DNA of 64,000 bases, taken from NCBI GenBank assembly GCA_036012755.1, contig DASCPX010000009.1, positions 128,001 through 192,000 on the forward strand, read 5' to 3'. The notes beneath the pieces were generated by a model. That model was not told the origin of the DNA. It saw only the letters and a program-made list of their open reading frames with translations, and made no database searches. The number at the start of each line of letters is the position of its first letter. Position 1 is the stretch's first letter. The stretch is from Myxococcota bacterium (lineage in GTDB: Bacteria > Myxococcota_A > UBA796 > CAJQPC01). Shown here piece after piece: positions 39,105 through 48,300 of the stretch. The position numbers were made by a program, and so were the translations under genes.

Positions 39105-39176
39105 CCCCGGGCTCGGTTCACAGGCTTTTCATCCGTCGAGCAAGGCGCGTTCGCATCGCGCGACAAGACTCGGGAC

Positions 39177-39863
39177 ATGAGGTTCCTCGCCGACGCTCTC
39201 TCCGCCCTCAACCTCCTCTGCGGCGTCGGGGCGATCGTCGCGGCAGCCCACGGGCGGCTCGACCTCGCCATGGGCTTGTTGCTGGCGGGGGCTGGCTTCG
39301 ACGCCTTCGACGGCATCGCGGCGAGGCGCTTCGGCGGCAGCCGCATCGGCGCGCTCGCTGACGACATCGCCGACGGCGTCACCAACGGCATCGCCCCAGG
39401 CGCGGCGCTCTGGTTCGTCGTCGGGGGCACGGAGGGGGTCGCGCTCGGGACGCTCTTCTGCGCCTTCACCCTGGCGCGCCTCGTCTTCTTCACGCTGAAC
39501 AAGGGCGAGGACAACGCTGGCTTCAGAGGCCTGCCGTCGACCGCCGGCGCCGCGATCGTGCTGGCTGGACTGGTGCTCTTCCCCGAGAGCCCCGCCCTCA
39601 TCGGCCTCCTCACCGGGAGCGCTTGCGTGCTGATGACAGCCTTCGATGCTCGCTATCGCCACCTCGGCCGCGTCGTCGCCGACTCCGCTCGGGCCCGGGG
39701 CGCCGTCCTCGCCTTCCTGGGAGCGTTGGTCCTGAGCGCGGCCATCGTCGGTCCATGGCTCGCAGCCGCCATCCTGCTCGCCGCCACGCTGGCCTACGGT
39801 CTCGGACCGATCGGCCAGAACTTCAGAGCAGCTCTCGTGCGCCGAGCAGCGCGGCCTGCATGA
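39177..39863 (+). CDS. CDP-alcohol phosphatidyltransferase (PssA-like)
   Basis: DAFDGIAARR..G...DDIAD signature, FRGLPST. Confidence 0.9.
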   Translation: MRFLADALSALNLLCGVGAIVAAAHGRLDLAMGLLLAGAGFDAFDGIAARRFGGSRIGALADDIADGVTNGIAPGAALWFVVGGTEGVALGTLFCAFTLARLVFFTLNKGEDNAGFRGLPSTAGAAIVLAGLVLFPESPALIGLLTGSACVLMTAFDARYRHLGRVVADSARARGAVLAFLGALVLSAAIVGPWLAAAILLAATLAYGLGPIGQNFRAALVRRAARPA

Positions 39864-41295
39864 CCGGCACCATCGTGTGGGACGAGGCCGTCGTCGGGAA
39901 GACAGAGGCGTCCAGGACCTGCAGGTTGTCGATGCCGTGGACAAAGCCGCGCAGGTCCACGACCGACTGAGCCGGGTCCGGGCCCATGCGACAACTCCCC
40001 TGGACATGCGCGCTCAAGAGCGGCAGCCGGTTCGGCTCGATGGCCAGGTCGTCCAGCACGGACAGCTCGTCCGGACCGATCATCGGCGAGGCGGCGAAGG
40101 GGAAGACGACTTTCTGGGCGCCCGCCGCGAAGAAGGCCTCCGCGCCGACCCGCATGCCGCGCCGAATCTGCTCCATCCACAGCGCCTGGAGCTGGTAGTC
40201 GATCTTCGGGCGCCCGTTGCCCAGGCGAGTGATGCGGCCTCCCGGACGATCAGGGGCGAGCACCAGCACCGCCGCGGTCTGGTTGAACTGTCGCATCACC
40301 TTGGCCGCGTCCGGGCCCCATACCATCAGCGTGGAACCCGCCATGCCCGGGGTGGAGGCGATGCTCTCGACCCTGAAGCCGGCCAGGCCACCCTCCGCCG
40401 TCGCCGTCTCCTCGTCGTCGAGGTAGGCGGCCTGCGGGATGCCCCGGTAGAAGCGCAGCTCCTCGTCGAACAGGGCGGACACCGGCGCCTGGGGCTGGAG
40501 CGAGACGTTCCTGCCGACCTGGCCCGAGAGCCCGGAGTTCAGCAGGATCAGCGCGCTGTGCACTGCCCCCGCGCTCAGCACGACGTGGTCGGCCTCGATG
40601 CGGAAGGCCTCTACGATCTCGTTGCTACCAGCAGCGATCGTGTGGCCCTCGACGGCGGCCACCCGCGAACCGTCGAGCTCCAGCCGCTCCACCCGCGCCT
40701 GGGTCCAGACCTCGGCCCCCGCCGCCTGTGCCCTCGGGATCCAGGTCAAGGCCACCGACCGCTTGGCGTCATAGGCGCAGCCGACCATGCAGTAGCCGCT
40801 GCCGATGCAGCCGACGCGGTTGTGTACGAAGGTGCCGCCGCTGTGGCCGCTCTTCTGCCCGCCCTCCAACAACAGCTGCGCGTTCCGGTTGAGCTCGGCC
40901 TCGGGGATGAGGTTCGCGCCGATCGCAGCCTCCGCCTCGTCGGCGGCATCGTTCCACTGCATATCCGAGTAGCGGTCCAGGCCAAACCGGGTCCGCCAGT
41001 GGGCGAGCACGCCCTCCGGGATGCGCACGATATCGGCCATGTTGATGACCGTGCTGCCGCCGAGCACCCTCCCCTGCAAGACGCTGACGCCACCGTCCAC
41101 CGTGTATTGCTGGCCGCCGTCCCGGTAGAGCAGCGGGTACATCTGCTCCTCGCGCTGGGTCATGCGCTCCTTGGGCACGGACTGCCCCTCCTCCACGAGC
41201 AGCACCTGCTTGCCGGCCTCTGCGAGGACGCCAGCCACGACCCCCCCACCGGCGCCGGAGCCGATGACGCAGACCTCTGTGCGGGTCACACCCAC
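39823..41295 (-). CDS. GMC family oxidoreductase
   Basis: GSGAGG, GRVLGGSTVIN, C.GSG.C..GC, SAH.QGSCRMG, DASVFPT. Confidence 0.94.
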   Translation of the reverse strand: MGVTRTEVCVIGSGAGGGVVAGVLAEAGKQVLLVEEGQSVPKERMTQREEQMYPLLYRDGGQQYTVDGGVSVLQGRVLGGSTVINMADIVRIPEGVLAHWRTRFGLDRYSDMQWNDAADEAEAAIGANLIPEAELNRNAQLLLEGGQKSGHSGGTFVHNRVGCIGSGYCMVGCAYDAKRSVALTWIPRAQAAGAEVWTQARVERLELDGSRVAAVEGHTIAAGSNEIVEAFRIEADHVVLSAGAVHSALILLNSGLSGQVGRNVSLQPQAPVSALFDEELRFYRGIPQAAYLDDEETATAEGGLAGFRVESIASTPGMAGSTLMVWGPDAAKVMRQFNQTAAVLVLAPDRPGGRITRLGNGRPKIDYQLQALWMEQIRRGMRVGAEAFFAAGAQKVVFPFAASPMIGPDELSVLDDLAIEPNRLPLLSAHVQGSCRMGPDPAQSVVDLRGFVHGIDNLQVLDASVFPTTASSHTMVPVMQAALLGARELL

Positions 41296-41744
41296 GGGCC
41301 GTCGTAGCCGATGGAGTCCCAGTTCGCAGGATCCGCGAACCAGCTGAAGAGCGCCAGGCGTCGCAGGGCCTGGAAGATCTGGCGCCTCAAGACGATGCTG
41401 GAGCTCTCCATCGCGGCTAGCGTGGCCCTCCGCGACTCCAGGTCCCTCCGTGAGAAGCGCGAAAACCCCCAGTGCTCGACGACCCCGAGGGCCAGTCGAA
41501 GCTCACCGCCCAGCACCGGGTCGTCCGTGACGAGGAAGGCGTCGACGTTCTGCGCGACTCGCGCGGCCTCCTCGGGGACCGGGAGCAGCACCTCGAGCAC
41601 CGCCTCCAGAGTGCGCCTCGGCGAGTTGCCCAGGAAGGGGCTGTCGAGGGCGTTCATGGGCCCGTGGCCCACCGCGACCGCTACGAGTCCAAGGACCCCG
41701 AAGGCCCCGGCTCCAAGGACCAGCTGCCGGCGAGTGGGTTTCAT
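41286..41744 (-). CDS. gluconate 2-dehydrogenase subunit 3-like partner with Tat-like signal
   Basis: TRRQLV, C-terminal W..IGYDGPW; overlaps the GMC start. Confidence 0.8.
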   Translation of the reverse strand: MKPTRRQLVLGAGAFGVLGLVAVAVGHGPMNALDSPFLGNSPRRTLEAVLEVLLPVPEEAARVAQNVDAFLVTDDPVLGGELRLALGVVEHWGFSRFSRRDLESRRATLAAMESSSIVLRRQIFQALRRLALFSWFADPANWDSIGYDGPWV

Positions 41745-41776
41745 CGCGCGCAGCATGCCACGGCTATGATGGGCCC

Positions 41777-42574
41777 GTGATCGTCCTGTTGTCGGCGTGC
41801 AACCACATGCACCCCTCGATCCCCAAGGAAGCGGGGACGCTGAGCGCCGAGAGCCTCGCGGACGTCTACCTCGCGGCGAGCCCCGACACCTTCGTCGGGC
41901 TCTACGCCCTGAGCAGGAACGCCTTCGGTGACGACGACACCCCATGCCCGATCGTGACCTCTGACGAGGTCGGCGACTACCTCGTCGCCCAGGGCTGCAC
42001 CGACCGCTGGGGGACGACCTGGCACGGCACGATGAACCGCCTCGATCACGAGGGGATCGCCGAGTACAGCGACTTCGGACCCGAGTTCGATGACTGGCGC
42101 GGCGCCGCGCACTACCTCGTCGACGGCAAGGTCGAGTGGTCCTATCCCGACACCTCGAACACCTCTGATGTGCGCGTCGACACGGACGTCGTCGTCACCT
42201 GGAAGGGCGCTGGCGAGGACGTCCTCGTCTACGTCGGCGGCACCGGACGCCACAAGTCGGCGGGCCCCCTGTTGCGGGAGCGCGATGGGGACATCGGCGT
42301 CGCCGACTGGGGCACGGCCGAGGTCAGCCACGGCGAGATCTTCACGGCGGGCACGAAGGGATGCAACCAGGCCATCGAGGGCCTCGTGGAGGTGTTCGCG
42401 GCCAACGACGCGGAGATCCAGCTCCCCAACGGAGATGGCTGCGCCTCGAGTCCGGGCGACGAGCCTTCTCCAACGGACTGCGCGACCTGGGCGATCGGAC
42501 AAGAGGACGGGGAGCTTTGTATCGGGACCCGAATGCTCATCGTGCCGACGGATGCGGACGCGCCGACCGACTGA
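41777..42574 (+). CDS. hypothetical lipoprotein
   Basis: VIVLLSAC; TATGAT 6 nt upstream. Confidence 0.78.
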   Translation: MIVLLSACNHMHPSIPKEAGTLSAESLADVYLAASPDTFVGLYALSRNAFGDDDTPCPIVTSDEVGDYLVAQGCTDRWGTTWHGTMNRLDHEGIAEYSDFGPEFDDWRGAAHYLVDGKVEWSYPDTSNTSDVRVDTDVVVTWKGAGEDVLVYVGGTGRHKSAGPLLRERDGDIGVADWGTAEVSHGEIFTAGTKGCNQAIEGLVEVFAANDAEIQLPNGDGCASSPGDEPSPTDCATWAIGQEDGELCIGTRMLIVPTDADAPTD

Positions 42575-42621
42575 AGAAAATTTTTCTCCCACCCGCGCGT
42601 CCTCTCGATTACACTGCGAGC

Positions 42622-43761
42622 ATGACTCAGCGAGGCAACTTCTCCGTCGTCGTCGCCCTGGTCTTCACCATCCTGTTGACCTTCGCGGCCCTCGCCATCG
42701 ACATCTCCTACGTGCGCATCGCGCAAATGCAGGCGCAGAACGCCGCAGATGCCGGCGCCCACGCAGGGCTGGTCGCCCTACGCCAGACCGGGGACGAAGA
42801 CGAGGCTCGAGACGTCGCCGTGAGCGTCATCTCCCAGAACCTGATCGCCGGCCAGTCCGTCTCGATCGACGAGAACACCGACATCACCTTCGGCGGCTGG
42901 GACTTCGACACCCGCACCTTCGACTCCGAGTCCGCGTTCACCAACTCCCTGCACGTCACGGTCAGCCGCAACCAGAACGTCAGCGACGGCGCAGTGGACC
43001 TCCTCATCGCCCCCCTGTTGGGCTGGGACGTCGCCTCGGTCGGCGGCGAGGCCACCGGCGCCCTTCGCTACCGCGACACGATGCTGGTGCTGGACATCAC
43101 CCGGAGCTTCAAGGAAGAGATCGACCAGGCGGTCGAGGCCGTGAACCTGTTCTTGGACTACACCTACAACAGCGGACACCCGGGCGACCGGATGGGCCTG
43201 GTCACCTTCGTCGGGGCCGCCGAGGTGTGGACCGACCTGCAGCACGTCGCCCCGAACTACTCCACGCTGTCCTCTGGATGGCAGACGCTGGACTACTGCT
43301 GGGACCCGATCTGGGATGAGAACGACAACACCCACATGCAGCACTGCTGCGACCCGGCGGTCTGCCCCTGGCCCTGGACGAACTGGTGGCTCGGCGGCAC
43401 GAACCAGGGATCCGGCCTCGAGCTGGCGCTGGACGAGCTGATCGAGGACTCCGATCAGTACGCCCTGAAGACCGTCGTCATCATCAGCGACGGTCAGCCC
43501 TGCTGCTGGGCCCCCGGCATCATCCCGTCCTGCGACGCCTCTCGCTCGGCCTACGGGCAGTCGATGTCCGACTACGCCCAGGACAACGACATCAGCGTCT
43601 TCAGCGTGTCCTTCAACAACCCCTACAACGCAACGCAGTCGGCCTACATGGAGAGCCTCATCCGCGGCTACGGGACCTTCTACGAGACGCCGGACGAGGA
43701 CGAACTCCCGGAGATCCTCGAGTCCATCGCCGAAGCCATCCCCGTCGCGCTCGTCGAGTAG
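42622..43761 (+). CDS. tadG: TadG-like pseudopilin with vWA domain
   Basis: RGNFSVV prepilin-like start, AIDISY, QNAADAGA, VLDITRS MIDAS-like, IISDG. Confidence 0.88.
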   Translation: MTQRGNFSVVVALVFTILLTFAALAIDISYVRIAQMQAQNAADAGAHAGLVALRQTGDEDEARDVAVSVISQNLIAGQSVSIDENTDITFGGWDFDTRTFDSESAFTNSLHVTVSRNQNVSDGAVDLLIAPLLGWDVASVGGEATGALRYRDTMLVLDITRSFKEEIDQAVEAVNLFLDYTYNSGHPGDRMGLVTFVGAAEVWTDLQHVAPNYSTLSSGWQTLDYCWDPIWDENDNTHMQHCCDPAVCPWPWTNWWLGGTNQGSGLELALDELIEDSDQYALKTVVIISDGQPCCWAPGIIPSCDASRSAYGQSMSDYAQDNDISVFSVSFNNPYNATQSAYMESLIRGYGTFYETPDEDELPEILESIAEAIPVALVE

Positions 43762-43776
43762 CCGGAGCGCTGCCCG

Positions 43777-44481
43777 TCACATCGCGCCGTCGCTGAACTT
43801 CGAGTTGTCCATCGGCGCGCCGTCACCGTCGACGTCGATGCCCTCCTGTCGCGCGAGCTCCAGGATGTCCTCGATGTCGGTGGGGTTGCGCTGGCCGGGG
43901 TCACCGTAGACGCCGAGGCCCTCCGCCTCCAGGCGCAGAGAGGCCGGCGCGCGCTGTCCCCTCTCCCCGTACTCGGCGGTGCGTGTGTTGTCCGTCGCGC
44001 GAGTGGGGTAGACCGCGCAGTCGAGCACCAGGTCCCCGACGTCCGCGTCCAGGTCCATCGCACGGCCGTGCGGATCAGCGAAGAAGGGCGCCTCCTCCAG
44101 CGAGGGCAGCCCGTCACCGTCGGCGTCGCGCCAGGCGAGCAGCAGGCGCGCACGGCCGAGGGGCACCTTCACGGAGAACTCTCCCGGAGCGTCGAGGACC
44201 ACCTCGCTGAGGAAGCCGCTGCGCGGGTGGGAGTCGAAGCGGCGGTTGGCGTCGTCCGGGTGCGGCGGGAAGACGCGGACATGGAGCGGACCCTCCTGGT
44301 CGCAAGCGAGGCTCCCGCTGAGGGTCACGACGTCGTCCCTCGAGGCGAGGTCCTCCTGGCTGAAGCGAGGCAGCTCGGGAGTCCTCAGGGGCTCCGAGAC
44401 GACCTGGACCTCCTCCTCGAGTCCGAGGTCGACGACCTCGGTCTCGCCAGGACCGTTGCAGGCGATGAGCGAGAAGATCAC
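43777..44481 (-). CDS. hypothetical lipoprotein
   Basis: VIFSLIAC with GGAG SD; DADGDG motif. Confidence 0.75.
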   Translation of the reverse strand: MIFSLIACNGPGETEVVDLGLEEEVQVVSEPLRTPELPRFSQEDLASRDDVVTLSGSLACDQEGPLHVRVFPPHPDDANRRFDSHPRSGFLSEVVLDAPGEFSVKVPLGRARLLLAWRDADGDGLPSLEEAPFFADPHGRAMDLDADVGDLVLDCAVYPTRATDNTRTAEYGERGQRAPASLRLEAEGLGVYGDPGQRNPTDIEDILELARQEGIDVDGDGAPMDNSKFSDGAM

Positions 44482-44527
44482 TGGCTGCTCTCCATCCGAA
44501 AGAAGTTTTTCGGGTGACTGAAAAAAC

Positions 44528-44556
44528 TTGACGATCGCTGCACTTCAGCCTACTCT
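44528..44556 (+). promoter_or_regulatory. sigma70-type promoter, probably leaderless for tadE
   Basis: TTGACG-N17-TACTCT, ATG 7 nt downstream, no SD. Confidence 0.7.
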
Positions 44557-44563
44557 ACCGTTC

Positions 44564-44968
44564 ATGAAGCGGAACCGCCGGGGTGCAAACCACATCGAGT
44601 TCGCCCTCGTCCTGCCGATCTTCATCGCCATCATCCTCGGCATGATGGAGTACTCGTGGGCTTTCTTCATCAGGAGCGCGGTGACCACCTCGGTGCGTGA
44701 CGGGTGCAGGTCCGGGTCGGTCATCCACCCGGACGACGACTACGAGACCGTCGCGGTCGAAGCCATGCGCGAGACCCTGGCCGAGTACCAGATCGACTGC
44801 GCCGACCTCTCGACGACGTGCACGGAGATCATCACCACCAGCGGCATGAACCCCGCCGAGTCCCTCGAGTGCCGGCTCGAGGTCGACTACGACCCGCTCA
44901 TCGGCTACGTCCCGGTCCCGACCGACATCGCCGCCGAGTCCATCGTGCTCTTCGAGCTGCAGCGATGA
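44564..44968 (+). CDS. tadE: TadE-like pseudopilin
   Basis: RRGANHIEFALVLP...RDGCR. Confidence 0.9.
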   Translation: MKRNRRGANHIEFALVLPIFIAIILGMMEYSWAFFIRSAVTTSVRDGCRSGSVIHPDDDYETVAVEAMRETLAEYQIDCADLSTTCTEIITTSGMNPAESLECRLEVDYDPLIGYVPVPTDIAAESIVLFELQR

Positions 44969-45366
44969 TGCGCTCACGTCGAGGCGGATCCGCCATCGAG
45001 TTCGCCCTCACCATGCCGGTGCTGGTGACGATGTTCGCCGCGATCATGGAGTACGGCTGGTTCTTCTTCCAGCAGCAGGCCATCCTCAGCGGCGCCCGGG
45101 ACGGCGTCCGCTACGGTGTCACCGTCGCCCAGATCGACGGTCCCACGACAGAGGCAGAGGACCGCGCCGAGATGGTCATCGAGGGCTTTGGCCTCGACTG
45201 CTCCGACCCGGTCGACTGCCAGGTCACCGGCTCGATCGTGGCGACCGACTACGACTTCCTTCGCCTCGACATGGCCTACGCCTACGATCCCCTGATGGGC
45301 GGGCTGCTGCCGACCCCTGAGTTCGTGAGGGCGAACTTCACGATGGCGCTGGAAGATCAGTCCTGA
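44965..45366 (+). CDS. tadE: TadE-like pseudopilin
   Basis: RRGGSAIEFALTMP...RDGVR; ATGA overlap. Confidence 0.9.
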   Translation: MMRSRRGGSAIEFALTMPVLVTMFAAIMEYGWFFFQQQAILSGARDGVRYGVTVAQIDGPTTEAEDRAEMVIEGFGLDCSDPVDCQVTGSIVATDYDFLRLDMAYAYDPLMGGLLPTPEFVRANFTMALEDQS

Positions 45367-45367
45367 G

Positions 45368-48300
45368 TCACTGACTCACTGACTCGCCGAGCCCTCGCCT
45401 TCGCCTGACGGCGAGCAGGAGCGCGACGATGGCCCAGGCCCCGAGTCGACCCCGGGTGCCGGTGCAGCCGCAGCCCTCGTCCGTGGTCCAGCCCACGTAG
45501 CTCTCGGGGAAGCCGACGTAGCTGCGACCGGTGTCCTCTTCGACCGAGCTGTCCTCTGGCGCCTCGGTGTCCTCTGGGGGCGAGCTGTCGCCCGTGTCCC
45601 CGGTGTCCTCGCAGATCTCGTCCTCGTCGAGCTCGCCGTCGCAGTCCGCGTCGATGTCGTCGCAGAGGTCCTCTGTGACGCCGGGGTTCACCTCGCTATC
45701 GAGGTCGTCGCAGTCGTCGCCGGACCAGGTGGAGCTGGAGAAGCCGTCGTTGTCCTGGTCGTAGTCGTCGCCGCCGAGGCAGTCCTGGTCGATCCCGTCG
45801 TACCAGACCTCTGGCGCGTCGAAGTAGACCTCCGGATCCTCGTCGTCGCAGTCGGCGCCCCCGTATGCCTCCCAGTCCTGCCCGTCGTGGTCGGCGTCGT
45901 AGTCGGAGTCGTCGGCGCAGTCCTCGTCGAAGCCGTCGTACCAGGTCTCGTCCGCGGCAGGAGAGACGCTCGGGTCCGAGTCGTCGCAGTCGTCCCCACC
46001 CTCGGCCTCGTCGGCGTAGCCGTCCCCGTCCACGTCGCGCGCGTCGGCGCCGTCGCAGTCCTGGTCGATGCCGTCGTAGGGAGCCTCTGTGCAGCTGGGG
46101 CAGATCGAGGCGTCGTCGTCGTCGCAGTCGGCCCCGCCGTAGTCGCTGCTGTCGAAGCCGTCGATGTCGGCGTCGTAGTCGGAGTCACCGGCGCAGTCCG
46201 AGTCCACGCCGTCGTACCAGATGTCCGTCGCCCCAGGGTTCACCCGGGCGTCGTCGTCGTCGCAGTCGTCGCCGCCGTAGAAGTCGACCTGGTAGCCGTC
46301 GCCGTCCGCATCGAAGTCGTCGGCGCCGTCGCAGTCTTGATCGACGTCGTCGTAGACGTACTCGGTGGCGCCTGGGTGGATGGAGGCGTCGTCGTCGTCG
46401 CAGTCGTCACCCGAGTAGCTGTCGCTGTCGTAGCCGTCCGCGTCGCAGTCGTACTCGTCGTCCGTGCCGTCGCAGTCCTGGTCGGTGCCGTCGTAGCAGA
46501 TCTCCTCCTCGCCGGGATTGACGCTGTCGTCTTCGTCGTCGCAGTCGGTGCCTCCGTTCTCGACCCCCCGATACCCGTCGAGGTCGTCGTCCCACTCGTC
46601 GACTCCGTCGCAGTCCTCGTCGATGCCGTCGTCGTCGTCCGACTCGGTCGCGTCGGGGTTGATGGAGGCGTCACTGTCGTCGCAGTCGTCGCCCCCGTAG
46701 TCGTCCGAGTCGAAGCCGTCGGTGTCGGCGTCGTAGTCGCTGGCGTCGTCGCAGTCGGAGTCGACCCCGTCGTACCAGGTGTCCTCTGCGTCAGGGTTCA
46801 CCCCAGAGTCGCTGTCGTTGCAGTCTTCACCCCCCTCGGCCTCGGCGTCGTAGCCATCGCCGTCGGCGTCCGAGTCCGACTCGCCGTCGCAGTCGCTGTC
46901 CACTCCGTCGTACCAGGTCTCCTCGGCGCCGGGGTAGGTGTCGGCGTCACCGTCGTCGCAGTCCGTGGAGCCGCCCGAGCCGCTGCCGCCGGACTCCTCG
47001 GTGGAGTAGCCGTCGGCGTCAGCGTCGTAGTCGTCGGCGCCGTCGCAGTTGCTGTCCACTCCGTCGTACCAGGTCTCCTCGACGTCCGGCGAGGTCTCCG
47101 CCTCGGAGTCGTCGCAGTCCTCGCCCCCGTAGAGTTCGGAGTCGTAGCCGTCCCCGTCCGCGTCGTAGTCGCTGCCACCGTCGCAGTCGCTGTCCGTGCC
47201 GTCGTACCAGGTCTCCTCTGCGTCCGGGTTGGTCTCCGACTCGGAGTCGTCGCAGTCCTCGCCGATGTCGTAGCCGTCACCGTCCGCGTCGTAGTCACTG
47301 CCACCATCGCAGTCGTTGTCCGTGCCGTCGTACCAGGTCTCGGTGGCCCCGGGGTTGGCGCTGGCGTCGCTATCGTCGCAGTCTCCGTCGGCCTCTGTGT
47401 AGCCGTCACCGTCACCGTCATCGAGCCCGAGCTCGCTGAAGACGACGTCGTCCAGCCCCCAGTCGTCGCTTGGAGGCCCGGTGATGACGAGCTCCTCGAT
47501 GCCGTAGTCGTAGAGGAAGCCACGGAAGGAGTCGGTCCCCTCCAGCGACAGCGAGATCGTGTCGCTGTAGGCCGTCGTCGAGCCGATGTTGCCCTCGAAG
47601 GTGAAGGAGCCGTTGGCATCGAAGATCCAGAAGCCCACAGCGGGCTGGGTCTCTTCGAAGGTGAGGGTCACGACCCTCGAGACCGCCTCTGCTGCCTGGG
47701 CGTCGTTGACCCCGGCGCCGTCGATGTCCGTGACGACCTCGAGGTCGTCGTCGAAGGTCACGCCAAGGTCGCTGTAGTCGTCCGCGACGGTGTCTCCGAC
47801 CGTGAGATCCTCGAAGTCGATCTGCTCGACGGTGATCCCGGCTGCGCTCTCCCAGGTCGAGTAGTCGGTCTCCGTCGAGGCGCTCCCGGCGTCGACGACG
47901 CCGTCGCAGTCGTCGTCCTTGCCGTTCGTGATGTCCTCTGTCGCCCCGGGGTTCACGTCGGCGTCGGAGTCGTCGCAGTCCCCATCCGCGCCTGTGTAGC
48001 CGTCGCCGTCCCGGTCGGACTGCGTCGCCCAGACCACCTGGATGTCGTCGAGGCCGAAGCCATCGGAGAGCTCGGCCTCGACGCGCACGTAGGTGACGGA
48101 CTCGCCGAAGGTCACGCCGACGAAGCGCCCGCCGGCGAGGTCGGCGCCGTCGTGATCGACGCGGAGATCGCCCCCGGAGTCGAGCAGATCGCTGGTGTCC
48201 GAGAGATAGGCGTTGAGCCTGATGGTGCCCTCGGCGTCGAGGAGCTGGAAGGCGAGAGCGTCGACGTCCTCGTCGAAGGTGAGGAGGATGGCGTTGTCGG

